Positions 13,096 to 23,911 of a stretch of 64,000 nucleotides of DNA are shown in pieces. The DNA lies in assembly GCF_046119375.1 (NCBI RefSeq), contig NW_027362763.1:653976001-654040000 (forward strand), in the 5' to 3' direction. This DNA comes from Phyllobates terribilis (Eukaryota). The position numbers were made by a program, and so were the translations under genes. The notes under the pieces are model-generated. The model made no database searches, was not told where the DNA came from, and worked only from the letters and a program-made list of their open reading frames with translations. Within the stretch, counting starts at the first letter, position 1; the number at the start of each line of letters is the position of its first letter.

Positions 13096-16000
13096 AATAA
13101 TAATAATAATAATAGTTTATTTTTATAGCGCCAACATATTCCGCAGCACTTTACAAATTTTAGGGGGGACTTATACAGACAATACAGAATAAGCATATCT
13201 CATATTGAACGGAGTGAGGGCCCTGCTCGCGAGCTTACAGTCTATGAGGAAGTGGGGGAGACACAAAAGGTAAAAAGTACATATATTGTATAATGCAGCC
13301 TTGATATACTGAATAGGATAAATAATAATACATGGACTGGTCGTCAGCCAGTATGTGTGCAGTCCTGACAGAGGCTTTTATGTGCATGGTTGGTTTGAAC
13401 CCGAAGTTGAAGAAGATTTTAATATGGGGGAAAGCTGGGATGGACAGAGTGTGTTTAGGTGATACGCCAGTCTAAAGAAATGTGTTTTTAGGGTTCGCTT
13501 GAAACTGTGGGTATTGGGAATTAATCAAACTGTCCTGGGTAGGGCATTCCAGAGAATTGGCGCAGCACGCGAGAAATCTTGGAGACGGGAGTGGGAAGTT
13601 CGGATTATGGAGGATTTTAGTTTCAAGTCATTTGCAGAACGGAGGGCACGTGTAGGGTGGTAGACTGAGACAAGGGAGGAGATGTAGGGGGGTACTGAAT
13701 CATGGAGCGCTTTGTGGGTAAGCGTGATAAGTTTAAAACGAACTCTATATTGGATGGGCAACCAATGCAATGACTGGCACAGGGAAGAGGCATCTGAGTA
13801 GCGGTTGGCGAGGAATATGATCCTGGCTGCTGCGTTCAGGACGGATTGGAGAGGGGAGAGTTTAGTAAGAGGGAGACCGATTAGTAGAGCGTTGCAATAG
13901 TCAAGACGAGAATGAATAAGAGCGACAGTAAGAGTTTTTGCCGAGTCAAAGGTGAGAAAAGTCCTGATTCTTGAGATGTTTTTGAGGTGTAGATGACATG
14001 AACGAGCGAGTGATTTGATGTGAGGAGTGAAAGAAAGATCTGAATCAAAAATGACCCCAAGACAGCGGGCTTGTAGCTGGGGAGTAATGGTTGAGCCACA
14101 AACGGAGATGGCAATATCGGGCACAGGTAGATTAATGGAGGGAGGAAAGACGAGTAGTTCAGTTTTTGACAGATTCAGTTTTAGGTAGAGGGAGGACATA
14201 ATGTTAGACACAGCAGAAAGACAATCACTGGTCTTTTGTAGTAATGCAGGGGTGATGTCCGGAGCAGAGGTGTATAATTGGGTGTCATCAGCATAGAGAT
14301 GGTACTGAAAACCGAATCTACTGATTGTTTGTCCAATAGGAGCGGTGTATAAGGAGAAAAGAAGGGGGCCTAGGACTGATCCTTGAGGAACCCCGACAGT
14401 AAGAGGAAGTAGGGAGGAGGAGGAGCCGGCAAAAGACACAGAGAAGGAGCGGTCAGAGAGATAAGAGGAGAACCAGGAGAGAACCGTGTCCTTGAGGCCA
14501 ATAGTGCGGAGCATAGTGAGGAGGAGCTGGTGATCCACAGTGTCGAATGCTGCAGAGAGATCCAGGAGAATCAGCAGGGAGTAGTGACCATTAGATTTAG
14601 CTGTTAGTAGATCATTAGAGACTTTAGTGAGGGCAGTTTCAGTAGAATGTAAAGAGCGGAAACCAGATTGTAGAGGGTCAAGAAGAGAGTTGTCTGAGAG
14701 ATAGCGGATTAGACGGGAGTGGACCAGGCGTTCCAGGAGTTTAGAGATAAAGGGAAGATTGGAAACAGGTCTGTAGTTGGCCATGCAGTTCTGGTCGAGG
14801 GATGGTTTTTTAAGTAATGGTTGTATGCTGGCGTGTTTAAAAGAAGAGGGAAAGATACCAGATGAGAGGGAAAGGTTGAAAATTTTAGTTAGGTGAGAGG
14901 TGACAGCTGGAGCAAGGGACTGAAGGAGATGTGAGGGAATAGGGTCGCTGGTGCAGGTGGTAGGGCGAGAAGATGCAAGGAGCCTGATCACTTCATCTTC
15001 CGTGACTGGTTCGAAGTCAGAAAATGAGCAAGATACAATGTGGCGGGGGGGAGCATGCATAACATTTGGGGATTGGGAGAAAATTTCCTGTCGGATATGG
15101 TCAATTTTTTCTTTGAAATAGTTAGCCAGATCGTCAGCGCTGAGGTCGGTGGTCGGGGCCTGTGCTGTTTGATTGAGGAGAGAATGAAACGTGTCAAAGA
15201 GTCGTTTAGGATTATTGGAAAGTGAGATGATGAGGTTGTTAAAGTAGGTTTGTTTGGAGAGGTGAAGGGCAGAGTTATAGGTTTTCAGCATAAATTTATA
15301 GTGGAGGAAATCTTCGGGCAGATTTGATTTTCTCCACAGCCGTTCAGCGCACCTGGAGTACCTCTGGAGAAGACGTGTTTGAGGCGTGTGCCAGGGTTGT
15401 CGCCGTCTATGCCGAATTGTTCTTTGTGTAGGAGGTGCGGCTTCATCCAGGGCGCATAGCATTATTTTGTTATAATGCTTCAATGCAGATTCGGGACATG
15501 AGAGGGAGGAGATTGGGGCCAATGATGATTGCAACCTTTTTATAAATTTCTGGGTGTTAATGGCGCGTAAATTTCTATAAGTGTGGACGGTGGGAGTGTC
15601 TTGAGTAGAGTCACAGTTCTTGACAGAGAATGAAAGAAGATTATGGTCAGAGAGTGGAAGGGGAGAGTTAGTAAAGTCATGTACTGAGCAAAGCCGGGAG
15701 AAGATCAGGTCCAATGTGTTCCCGTCCTCATGTGTAGGAGAATTAGCAAGCTGTGAAAGGCCGAAGGAGGAGGTTAATGATAAAAGATGCGTGGCAGATG
15801 GGGAAAGAGGATCGCCAATTGGGATGTTAAAGTCTCCCATGATTATCGTGGGGATGTCGCAGGATAGAAAATTTGTAAGCCAGGCAGCAAAGTGATCCAG
15901 GAATTGACGGGGGGGACCTGGGGGGCGATAGACAACCGCCACTCGCAGGGAGAAGGGCCGGTAGAGTCTGACTGTGTGGGCCTCAAAGGACGGGAAGATA

Positions 16001-16909
16001 AGGGAGGGTACAGGGGGGATAACCTGAAAAGTACATTTTGTTGAAAGAAGCAGACCAACACCTCCACCTGATCTGTTGTCAGGTCGCGGGGTATGAGAGA
16101 AGTGTAGGCCACCATAGGAGAGAGCTGCAGCGGCGGTGGTGTCCGACTGCTGGATCCAGGTTTCAGTGAGAGCCAGAAGGTTGAGGGAATTAGAGAGGAA
16201 AAAGTCATGGATGTAAGAGAGTTTATTACAAGCTGAGCGTGCATTCCAAAGGGCACAGTTGAATGAGACAGAAGATATGCAGGGAATATTAATGAGATTA
16301 GCAGGGTTTCTGAATGTAACAGGGAAAGAGTTAGTGTTATTATTACTGGAGGGTCCTGGGTTGGGAGAAATATCACCTGCGACTAATAGAAGGAAGATAC
16401 AGAGAGTGAGCAGATGATTGAGTGATTTGTGAGAGCGTTTCCTGCGTTGTATGGTGGGAATGAATGGATCTGCGTGGTATAACATTGTGAAGAGAGCATG
16501 ACAACTGTACATAGGAGAAGAGAGGAGTGAGGGATTAATATGGATGAAGTGTGCCGCATTTGTGGGAGAACGGTGAATGTGGATGATTGTAGCAACCAGA
16601 GTATAAATGGCACAGATACAAATGGTGAATACTGTTTGCCAAAAAGATGACCTGGGAGCAAGTTTGTTTAATTGTCTTGCATGTCTTACCTGTCTCCTGC
16701 CCTGTCCAACTGCCATTTTCTAACTGCCAGGGCACTTTGCTAAATTATGGCACTTCGATAAAGTATGCATAAATGCTATATGCATAAATGCCCCCGCATA
16801 AATGCCTCCCCTTAACTAAGTCTCAATATATAGGGACGTATCTGCTTAGATCTGCACAGATTTAACTCATTAACAATCAATCACTAGCTTAAAAGACAAC
16901 AGGAGACCA
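13096..16909 (-). mobile_element. L2-clade LINE, near intact, inserted in CR1 ORF2
   Basis: APE-RT ORF, L2-type 3' tail (gtaaagtgctgcggaatatgttggcgctata) and an (ATT)n tail at 13096-13113. No TSD. Confidence 0.93.
13525..16716 (-). CDS. L2 ORF2: 2A-like N-terminus, APE endonuclease, reverse transcriptase
   Basis: [70 protein letters not shown]. The stop at NALPRTV* is premature, since the frame continues LIPNTHSFKRTLKTHFFRLAY. Confidence 0.95.
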   Translation of the reverse strand: MAVGQGRRQVRHARQLNKLAPRSSFWQTVFTICICAIYTLVATIIHIHRSPTNAAHFIHINPSLLSSPMYSCHALFTMLYHADPFIPTIQRRKRSHKSLNHLLTLCIFLLLVAGDISPNPGPSSNNNTNSFPVTFRNPANLINIPCISSVSFNCALWNARSACNKLSYIHDFFLSNSLNLLALTETWIQQSDTTAAAALSYGGLHFSHTPRPDNRSGGGVGLLLSTKCTFQVIPPVPSLIFPSFEAHTVRLYRPFSLRVAVVYRPPGPPRQFLDHFAAWLTNFLSCDIPTIIMGDFNIPIGDPLSPSATHLLSLTSSFGLSQLANSPTHEDGNTLDLIFSRLCSVHDFTNSPLPLSDHNLLSFSVKNCDSTQDTPTVHTYRNLRAINTQKFIKRLQSSLAPISSLSCPESALKHYNKIMLCALDEAAPPTQRTIRHRRRQPWHTPQTRLLQRYSRCAERLWRKSNLPEDFLHYKFMLKTYNSALHLSKQTYFNNLIISLSNNPKRLFDTFHSLLNQTAQAPTTDLSADDLANYFKEKIDHIRQEIFSQSPNVMHAPPRHIVSCSFSDFEPVTEDEVIRLLASSRPTTCTSDPIPSHLLQSLAPAVTSHLTKIFNLSLSSGIFPSSFKHASIQPLLKKPSLDQNCMANYRPVSNLPFISKLLERLVHSRLIRYLSDNSLLDPLQSGFRSLHSTETALTKVSNDLLTAKSNGHYSLLILLDLSAAFDTVDHQLLLTMLRTIGLKDTVLSWFSSYLSDRSFSVSFAGSSSSLLPLTVGVPQGSVLGPLLFSLYTAPIGQTISRFGFQYHLYADDTQLYTSAPDITPALLQKTSDCLSAVSNIMSSLYLKLNLSKTELLVFPPSINLPVPDIAISVCGSTITPQLQARCLGVIFDSDLSFTPHIKSLARSCHLHLKNISRIRTFLTFDSAKTLTVALIHSRLDYCNALLIGLPLTKLSPLQSVLNAAARIIFLANRYSDASSLCQSLHWLPIQYRVRFKLITLTHKALHDSVPPYISSLVSVYHPTRALRSANDLKLKSSIIRTSHSRLQDFSRAAPILWNALPRTV

Positions 16910-18253
16910 TAAAGTGCCTGTTAGTTCTTTTTCCTTTGTGAAAGTTGACGAAAAAAATTTATTTAATAGATTAGCTTTATCCTCATCTTTCTCTATGATT
17001 TTGCCTTCATCACTTTTTATCGGTCCAATATTATTCGATTTAATCCTTTTACTATTTATATACGTAAAGAACAGTTTGGGATTTGATCTACTTTCCCTAG
17101 CAATACGTCTCTCTGTTTCCTCCTTTGCTATTTTTATTTGTTTTTTACAGGTTCTCGTTTTTTCCTTGTAACACATTAGTGCCTCCTTGCTGTTTTCCTG
17201 TTTTAATCTCTTGAATGCCTCTTTTTTGCTATTTAACGCCCCTTTTACGTTCTTATTCAACCATATTGGTTTCCTCTTATTTCTGGCCCTTTTATTCCCA
17301 TACGGTATATACCTCTCGCACTGAGTATTCAGAATTCTTTTGAAGGTTTCCCATTTACTATTCGTATTTCCTTGATTAAGAACTTTGTCCCAGTCTATAA
17401 GTTGAAGGTTTTCTTTCAGCTGATCAAACTTCGCCCTCCTAAAGTTTAATGTTTTAGTTGTTCCCTTATTGATAACCCTACTGAAGGGCATTTTGAAATT
17501 GATAATATTATGATCGCTATTACCTAGGTGCCCCCCTATCTGTACCTCAGTTATTCTATCAGGCCTATTAGTCAATATTAAGTCCAACACTGCCTTCCCT
17601 CTCGTTGGTTCCTGCACTAGTTGGGAGAGATAATTATCCTTGATATTTGTCAAGAACCTTTTTCCTTTCTGCGATCTACAGGTTTCTGTTTCCCAGTCAA
17701 TATCCGGGTAGTTGAAGTCCCCCATTACAATCACCTCATTATGTTTTGCTACTTTGTCTATTTGTCCTAATAGCAGTTTCTCATTCTCCTCTGTTATATT
17801 GGGTGGCTTATAGCAGACCCCCAGTAATATTTTATTATTATTTTTTGCCCCCTCTATCTCTACCCACATGGACTCGACCCCCTCTTCTCCCTCTCCTATA
17901 TCTTCCCTTAGTCTGGGCTTTAGACGTGACTTTACATATAAGCAGACTCCTCCGCCCTTCCCCTGTTTCCGGTCCCTTCTAAATAAACTATAATCTGTTA
18001 AATTTACCGCCCAGTCGTAGCTATCGTCTAGCCAAGTCTCTGTTATACCTACGATGTCATACCTCTCCTCCGATATAAGCGCCCGCAGCTCATCCGCCTT
18101 ATTGGTCAGGCTTCTTGCGTTGGTCAGCATGCAAGATAAAACTTTGGGGTTATTTAGCATCCTATTCTTCTCTAACGATCTAAATGTACTATCCCCACCC
18201 CCCTCTCCACCCTCATTATATTCACTTCTCCCCTTCCCCCTTGCTTGCCTCAC
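16910..18253 (-). CDS. CR1 ORF2 N-terminal part (APE endonuclease)
   Basis: TNARSL, VGITETW, GGGVCLY, MGDFNYP, LDLILTN, SDHNII. The first ATG is at 18160, and the track start at 18253 is GTG. Confidence 0.95.
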
Positions 18254-18288
18254 ATCCCACCTATTTCCTTGGTTTCCCCCCCCCGTCT

Positions 18289-19257
18289 CTAGTTTAAAAA
18301 CTCCTCCAACCTATTAGCCATCTTCTTCCCCAGCACCGCTGCACCCTCCCCATTGAGGTGCAGCCCGTCCCTACGGTAGAGCCTGTAGCCGACAGCGAAG
18401 TCGGCCCAGTTCTCCATGAACCCAAACCCTTCTGCCTTGCACCAACTCTTTAGCCACTTATTCACCTCCCTAACCTCCCGTTGGCGCTCCTGTGTGGCTC
18501 GCGGGATTGGTAGTATTTCTGAGAAAACTACCTTGGAGGTCCTTGCCCTAAGCTTCCTACCTAGATCCCTGAAATCATTTTTAAGGACCCTCCATCTACC
18601 ACTCACTTTGTCATTGGTGCCAATGTGGACCATGACCGCTGGGTCTTCGCCAGCCCCACCCAGTAACCTGTCAACCCGATCAGCGATGTGCCGGACTCGA
18701 GCGCCAGGGAGGCAGCACACCGTTCGGCGATCCCGGTCTTTGTGACAGATTGCCCTGTCTGTCCCCCTAATAATAGAGTCACCCACTACCAGGACCTGTC
18801 TAGCCTGCCCTACACTTCCCCCCTCCCCCTCATTACTGGAGCATACACTCCCCCGGCGGTCAGAGGATCTGTCGTGCTCCAATAATGCCGGTTCTGAACC
18901 AGCCTTCCTATACTTCTTCCCTCTATCCCTTCTAACCGTTACCCAGCTCCCTGCCTGTTCAGCCTGCACTTCCCCACTAAGCTCCACCCCCAGTGTTGAC
19001 CCATTGAGTGTCTGCTCGGTGAGCAGCAAACTCCGTTCCATGTTGTCGATGATCCTCAGTACCGCTATCTGAGCACTTAGATCCAGGATTTGGGCTTCCA
19101 AGTGCACGATATGCTCACATCTCTCGCAGCAGTATGGATCCCTGAGCGGTAGCTCAGGGAATGCATACATTGCGCAAGATGTACACTGCACGGCTCCGGC
19201 CAACATGGACGTCATTCTAAATATGGGGATACAGTCAGTATATATGTACAAGTACAA
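18289..19257 (-). CDS. CR1 ORF1: CxxC-CxxC zinc finger/leucine zipper plus SGNH/GDSL esterase domain
   Basis: CTSC...CERC, VVGDSIIRG, VHIGTND, DGLHLN. Likely start ATG at 19215 (MTSMLAG). Confidence 0.93.
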   Translation of the reverse strand: MYLYIYTDCIPIFRMTSMLAGAVQCTSCAMYAFPELPLRDPYCCERCEHIVHLEAQILDLSAQIAVLRIIDNMERSLLLTEQTLNGSTLGVELSGEVQAEQAGSWVTVRRDRGKKYRKAGSEPALLEHDRSSDRRGSVCSSNEGEGGSVGQARQVLVVGDSIIRGTDRAICHKDRDRRTVCCLPGARVRHIADRVDRLLGGAGEDPAVMVHIGTNDKVSGRWRVLKNDFRDLGRKLRARTSKVVFSEILPIPRATQERQREVREVNKWLKSWCKAEGFGFMENWADFAVGYRLYRRDGLHLNGEGAAVLGKKMANRLEEFLN

Positions 19258-19264
19258 AACACAA

Positions 19265-20000
19265 TTATTTATATATAGGTGTATGGACGGGGATCAATTA
19301 GGGATGTGCAAGTGTATCGATTAGATATCGGCGCGGGATCAGTTAAGTATGGACGGGGGATCAATTAAGTATCAATTAAGTATGGACGGGGGATCAGCTG
19401 AGTGGGTCAGGTGGATTAATTAAGTGTGGACGGTGTGTCAATTAACTATGGACTGGGATCAATAAGTATGGACTGGGGAAATAATTAATTGTGGACTAGG
19501 GATTCAATCAATTAATTATGGACAGGGGGTTTAATTAAATAGGATGGGGGGTAAAGCAAAAAAATAGGTATGGACGGTGGGTCAATTAACTAAGGACTGG
19601 GGATCAATAAGTATCAATAATATCAATAAATATGGACTGGGGAAATAATTAATTGTGGTCTGGGGAATCAATCAATTAATTATGGACAGGGGTTAATTAA
19701 ATATGGTGGGGGATAAGGCAAATAGATAGGGATTGGGGATGAGTAAAAGTGGACAAGGGGAATCTATTAAATAGGACAAGGGGGATCAATCAATTATGGG
19801 CTGGGGGGGTCAATCATTTAAATGTGGTCAGGGGGATCACTTTAATATGGACGGGGGGTGGTCGGGGATCAATTAAATGAGGACGGGGGGGTCAATATAA
19901 TGTGGTCAGAGGGATCAGTTAAATATGGACGGGGGTGTTCAGGGGAATCAATTTAAATATGGACGGGGGGGTAATCAATTAAATATGGACTAGGGAATAC
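19265..20000. repeat. Imperfect minisatellite in the CR1 5'UTR
   Basis: Recurring ~25-30-bp ggacgggg(g)atcaattaa(g/a)tat motif, plus a ~140-bp block duplication. Confidence 0.75.
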
Positions 20001-22199
20001 AATACAATTACAATACAGATACAAATACAATACAGTACAGTACACACTTGGGTTCAGTAGGGCCGCTTATCGCGGCCTCCTGCCCCTCACTCACCTCCTC
20101 TAGGGACGCTGCACGCTATCACAGCGCGCTTGTCCCTCCGGTCGCCTCTTACCGGTCCTCCTGATCACCTCCTGGTAACCACCACCTGGCACCCTCCGCT
20201 GGCCGGCACTGCACGCTGCCACAGCGCTCTCTTGCGCTCGTCCCTCCGGTCGCCTCCTACTGGTCCTCCCGGTCCGCTCGGTCACCTCCGCCTGGCTCTC
20301 CTCCCTTCCCAGGAGCTCTCTCCACACACAGCACAACTCTTGCAGCACACGGCAGGCTCCGCCTCCACCACTTCCTGTCAGGCCTTCATGTGCCCAGTCT
20401 CTCTTACTCCAGAGAACGCACCTTTACCAGGTACACCGCTGTGTTAAAGGGACAATGAAGAAGCAAGTGGTCCATGCTTTCCAGCATGGTACCACAATGA
20501 TCCTTGGGCAATCTCTGAACCAGGGTAGTGTACGCTGGAAGATGTCTATATGGTGTGTGAAGATCCTTCACTTGCCCACTTGTCTCCCATTCCTGGAAGG
20601 AGGGCTTAAAGAATCCCCTACAGGAAAATACCCAGGAGAATACCCACGGAGGAGCCCTCTCATTCCAGAGGTTTGCAATATTGATCTTAATGAAGGTATT
20701 CACAAGGAATACCACAAGGTTGACCATACCCAACCCTCCTAGTCTCCTCGGACAGTAAGTAACCGCTCTCTTGACCAGGTTCAGTCTATTCCCCCATTAC
20801 AGTTGGAAGAACAACCTGTAGACCCGAGTCCAGAGAGGCTCTGGCAAGATACACACACTGCCCAGATAGATCAGCAAAGGGAGCAGGTAAGTTTTGATCA
20901 GGTTTAACCTTTCCCTTAGGGTCAAAGACCAAACCTTCCATTAGTTCACATTCTGAGAGTCGATCTCTAGCCTGTTGTCCCAGTTTTGTTTGGGGTAATC
21001 CCCCTGGCCAAATTCAATGCCGAGGACTTTAACAGAGAGTTAGGGACCTGGAATGGTGTCAGGGAGATCAAAATCAGGATCTGCTCCTCCCAACTAGAGA
21101 CTCTCACACTTATCCTGGTTATTCTTGGACCCTGGTGCCTCGGAGTAGCGATTTACCTCTGACATCAGCCACTCTGCTTCGCAATCAGAGGACACAAACA
21201 CATTGACATCATCGGCATACTGCACTCTCGATAGAGTGGCTTCCGATGCCACCTAGTCCATCACGAAGTCACACTCCATCCTTCTAGGGAATGGGTCAAT
21301 TGCAAACAAGTAGAGCTGTGGGCTCAAGGTACAATCCTGGCGAACACCACACCCAACCCCAAAAGACTTTATAGAATGCAAGAGTTCAGCCATCTGGACC
21401 TGGTGATTTCTTTATGGCAAACCCTTCAATCAACAACTTCCTCTTCCCGAATTAAGTCTGTCAAAACAACAAAAGAGAGGTCTACCCCTGGTTCGGGGAC
21501 AGTTTCAGCCACAAAGCCAACATGTCATCCCAATCTAGATTTCGCTTACCAAAGAGGTGTGAGTAGAAGGATTTGACAACCTTTTCAGGGACTTCGTACT
21601 GTCAACCAGACCTGTGACAACTCTACTATTTTCTGACATTGTGCAGTTTCTGTAAGACTAGGGTGAGTAGTACTTACCGCAATCCCTTTCTAAATCAAAA
21701 GATGCGTGCCTATCATACTGATACCTCATAAGCAAAGATAAAATTCTGGAGATACTCTCACGGCTACCTCTAGTGGAGACAAGATGCTTGGGTTTCCCTT
21801 TGATGCCCTCATATAGGAGGTATCTGTCTAGATTTCTGAGGTTTGAAAGCAGAAGGAAGAATCTCGCCACCCTTTACTTGAACATTCTCCGACCACTATG
21901 ACTTACTACTAAAAAGATCCAACAATGGTACCTGGCTCTGAAGAAAATGCTCAAGGGGCTGGCTTATTTCTGCTTCTTCCAACAGACGAATTGAGCCTCT
22001 TCTCATCTCTGGGGTGGAAATCTCTGTAACATGCAAAGAAAACAAAATTAAACAGAACTCCAATTTAACAACAGACACGACTAAAAAGATGGTTTCCTCC
22101 TTTAAATAAAACCTACAATTACCTACATATGACCTATGTGGGCGTGGCTTGCTGTCGCGATGCGGTCCCTCTTCCCTCGGACGCACTCGGCGGCTCCGA

Positions 22200-22800
22200 C
22201 GGGTATGATGTAGGTGCTTCATGCGTCAACCTACCGCATAGTAACAATAAACATAAGAGGCAGTTAGGTGATGGAACTTTGGATTGGGTGTTAAGCTATA
22301 TTTAAAGGACACATGTTCCCCATGATGCCACTCCCCCAGATCAAGGCACATTAGCCAAAACGCGCGTAGGGGAAGTGGCACCATCGCTTGGCATATACAT
22401 GTAAGTTACTATCTCTGTGCTGTATAACTCTATCCACTGCATGGTAGTTGTGGTATTATGGCTTATCCACAGTGACTATATTTTTGCACTTGGCACTTTA
22501 CTAGTGTTCATGTATGTAAGCATAATTTTACTTAGTCATTTCTATCAACTTTTCTATTGAATCAATTGCCTTATGTTATGGATAGTTATATTTCTGTATC
22601 ATGTACTAAAGATTATGTATCATGTATGTACACCAATCTGTGGTGCCCTTTTGGCAAAAAAAAAACACTGATCACCACTTGCCACATTAGATTTTATTGT
22701 ATATGTTGTTTTTAATATCTTTATCAATTAAATTTATTTATATAATTCATAATTAGTTCTTGGTACATTGTTTTTTTTTCGTTTGATCTATCAATTACTT
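22200..22800 (+). mobile_element. Penelope-like pseudo-LTR fragment inserted in the Tx1
   Basis: TATA-like tatatttaaa (~22297), then a hammerhead-like motif, then an AT-rich tail. It interrupts the Tx1 coding remnants. Confidence 0.65.
22328..22378 (+). ncRNA. Degenerate minimal type-I hammerhead ribozyme motif
   Basis: ccactcccc-CAGATCA-a-ggc(acatta)gcc-AAAA-cgcgc-GTA-ggggaagtgg. Stems I and II are intact, stem III is palindromic, and there are three core mismatches to CUGAnGA/GAAA. Confidence 0.6.
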
Positions 22801-23911
22801 ACATGAGTGGTGAACCACCTCGTGGCCTGGGGTTTGCTGGATGGGGACATTCACCAGTTGAGTCTCACTAGTTCTCATGCTCAGGGCGACACTATCTGTA
22901 GCTTATCTCTGGAACCTCCTCTACCTCAGAGCCTCCTAATAGACTTACTTTTGACTCTTCATGCTCATGACCCAGGAGCCATAGGTGGAAATAGACTTCC
23001 AGGGCCTCTGCCATCTCCAACCTTCCTCAATAAGTTCAGCCTCACCTCCAGGAGCACTTAGTTTTTAACATGATTAAGGGTTTCAATACCTGAAACTAGT
23101 TGTTTTATCCACTACCATGGCATCTTAAATTCACCAACTATAGAGCTTCCATTCATACCAATAAAGAAAAGTTTTTTGGGATTTCCGTGAAGCTGGATTT
23201 TTCTTTCTTTGCAATCATTTACATCCAAGGCACGGATGCTTCCTCTGCCCCGAATCTTCAAATAGTGCATGCGGGTGAACTGGGCTCCTTTCCCACACTT
23301 AGTTTTACTCCGGAAGGACCACTGTCTTGCATACCTGTCTTTTCCTTCAAGCACAACAGCCTGTGAGAGGGTGCAGAGGTAACTTCTTCCAGCAGTGAGT
23401 ACAGGTGGGTAGCCTGGCATTAGTACACTGTACAGAAGGACAAGTAATAATTGAAAGATATTAGGTCTGGTTCTGCCCCTGGTCATTTTGCATCATTAGC
23501 AGAGCGTCCTGCCATTTGTTGATTGACCCAATCATGGGTGGATCTGATTCAAGCGCGTCAATCTTTTGTATTATAAGGAGGTTCTGGGTCAGTATTAGAA
23601 GGGATCAAGGGCAATTATTATAAGGAGGCACAAAGGGACACTATTTCAATAGTGTGCTGAATAATTGTAAGGAGGTGCTGGGAAGCATTATTCCTATAGG
23701 AAAGTACAGAAGAAACAATATTACTGTGTAGGGGCACAGAGGGGGCACTGCTATTGTGTGGGGCATAAAAGGAGGGTAATATTACTGCACAGGGCACAGA
23801 GGGACATTATTACTGTCTAGGGCACTGGTTATAGCACTATATGGTTCATGTAGAGGTGGGAATGTGAGGACGGGCCTGGAAAAGTAATAAGTCAAGGATG
23901 TTTCTGTTACA

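Larger units (their letters stand above)
11338..20380 (-). mobile_element. Full-length CR1 LINE (~5.2 kb native) with a nested L2
   Basis: Long 5'UTR, esterase ORF1, APE-RT ORF2 and a 3'UTR ending ...aaactatgtaag. GGCC flanks both ends (11334-37, 20381-84). Confidence 0.92.
10881..23570 (-). mobile_element. Degenerate Tx1-clade LINE (ORF1 remnant, ORF2 RT/CCHC, 3'UTR), interrupted by CR1 and a Penelope-like fragment
   Basis: Minus-strand motifs: GVRQDCTLSPQLYLF (~21300-21350), YADDV (21205-21219), GGLGMVNLVVF and ESMDHLLLHCPFN (ORF 20404-20733). The C-terminus ...MKA|ALWRGFSFSVP* resumes left of 11338. Confidence 0.8.
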
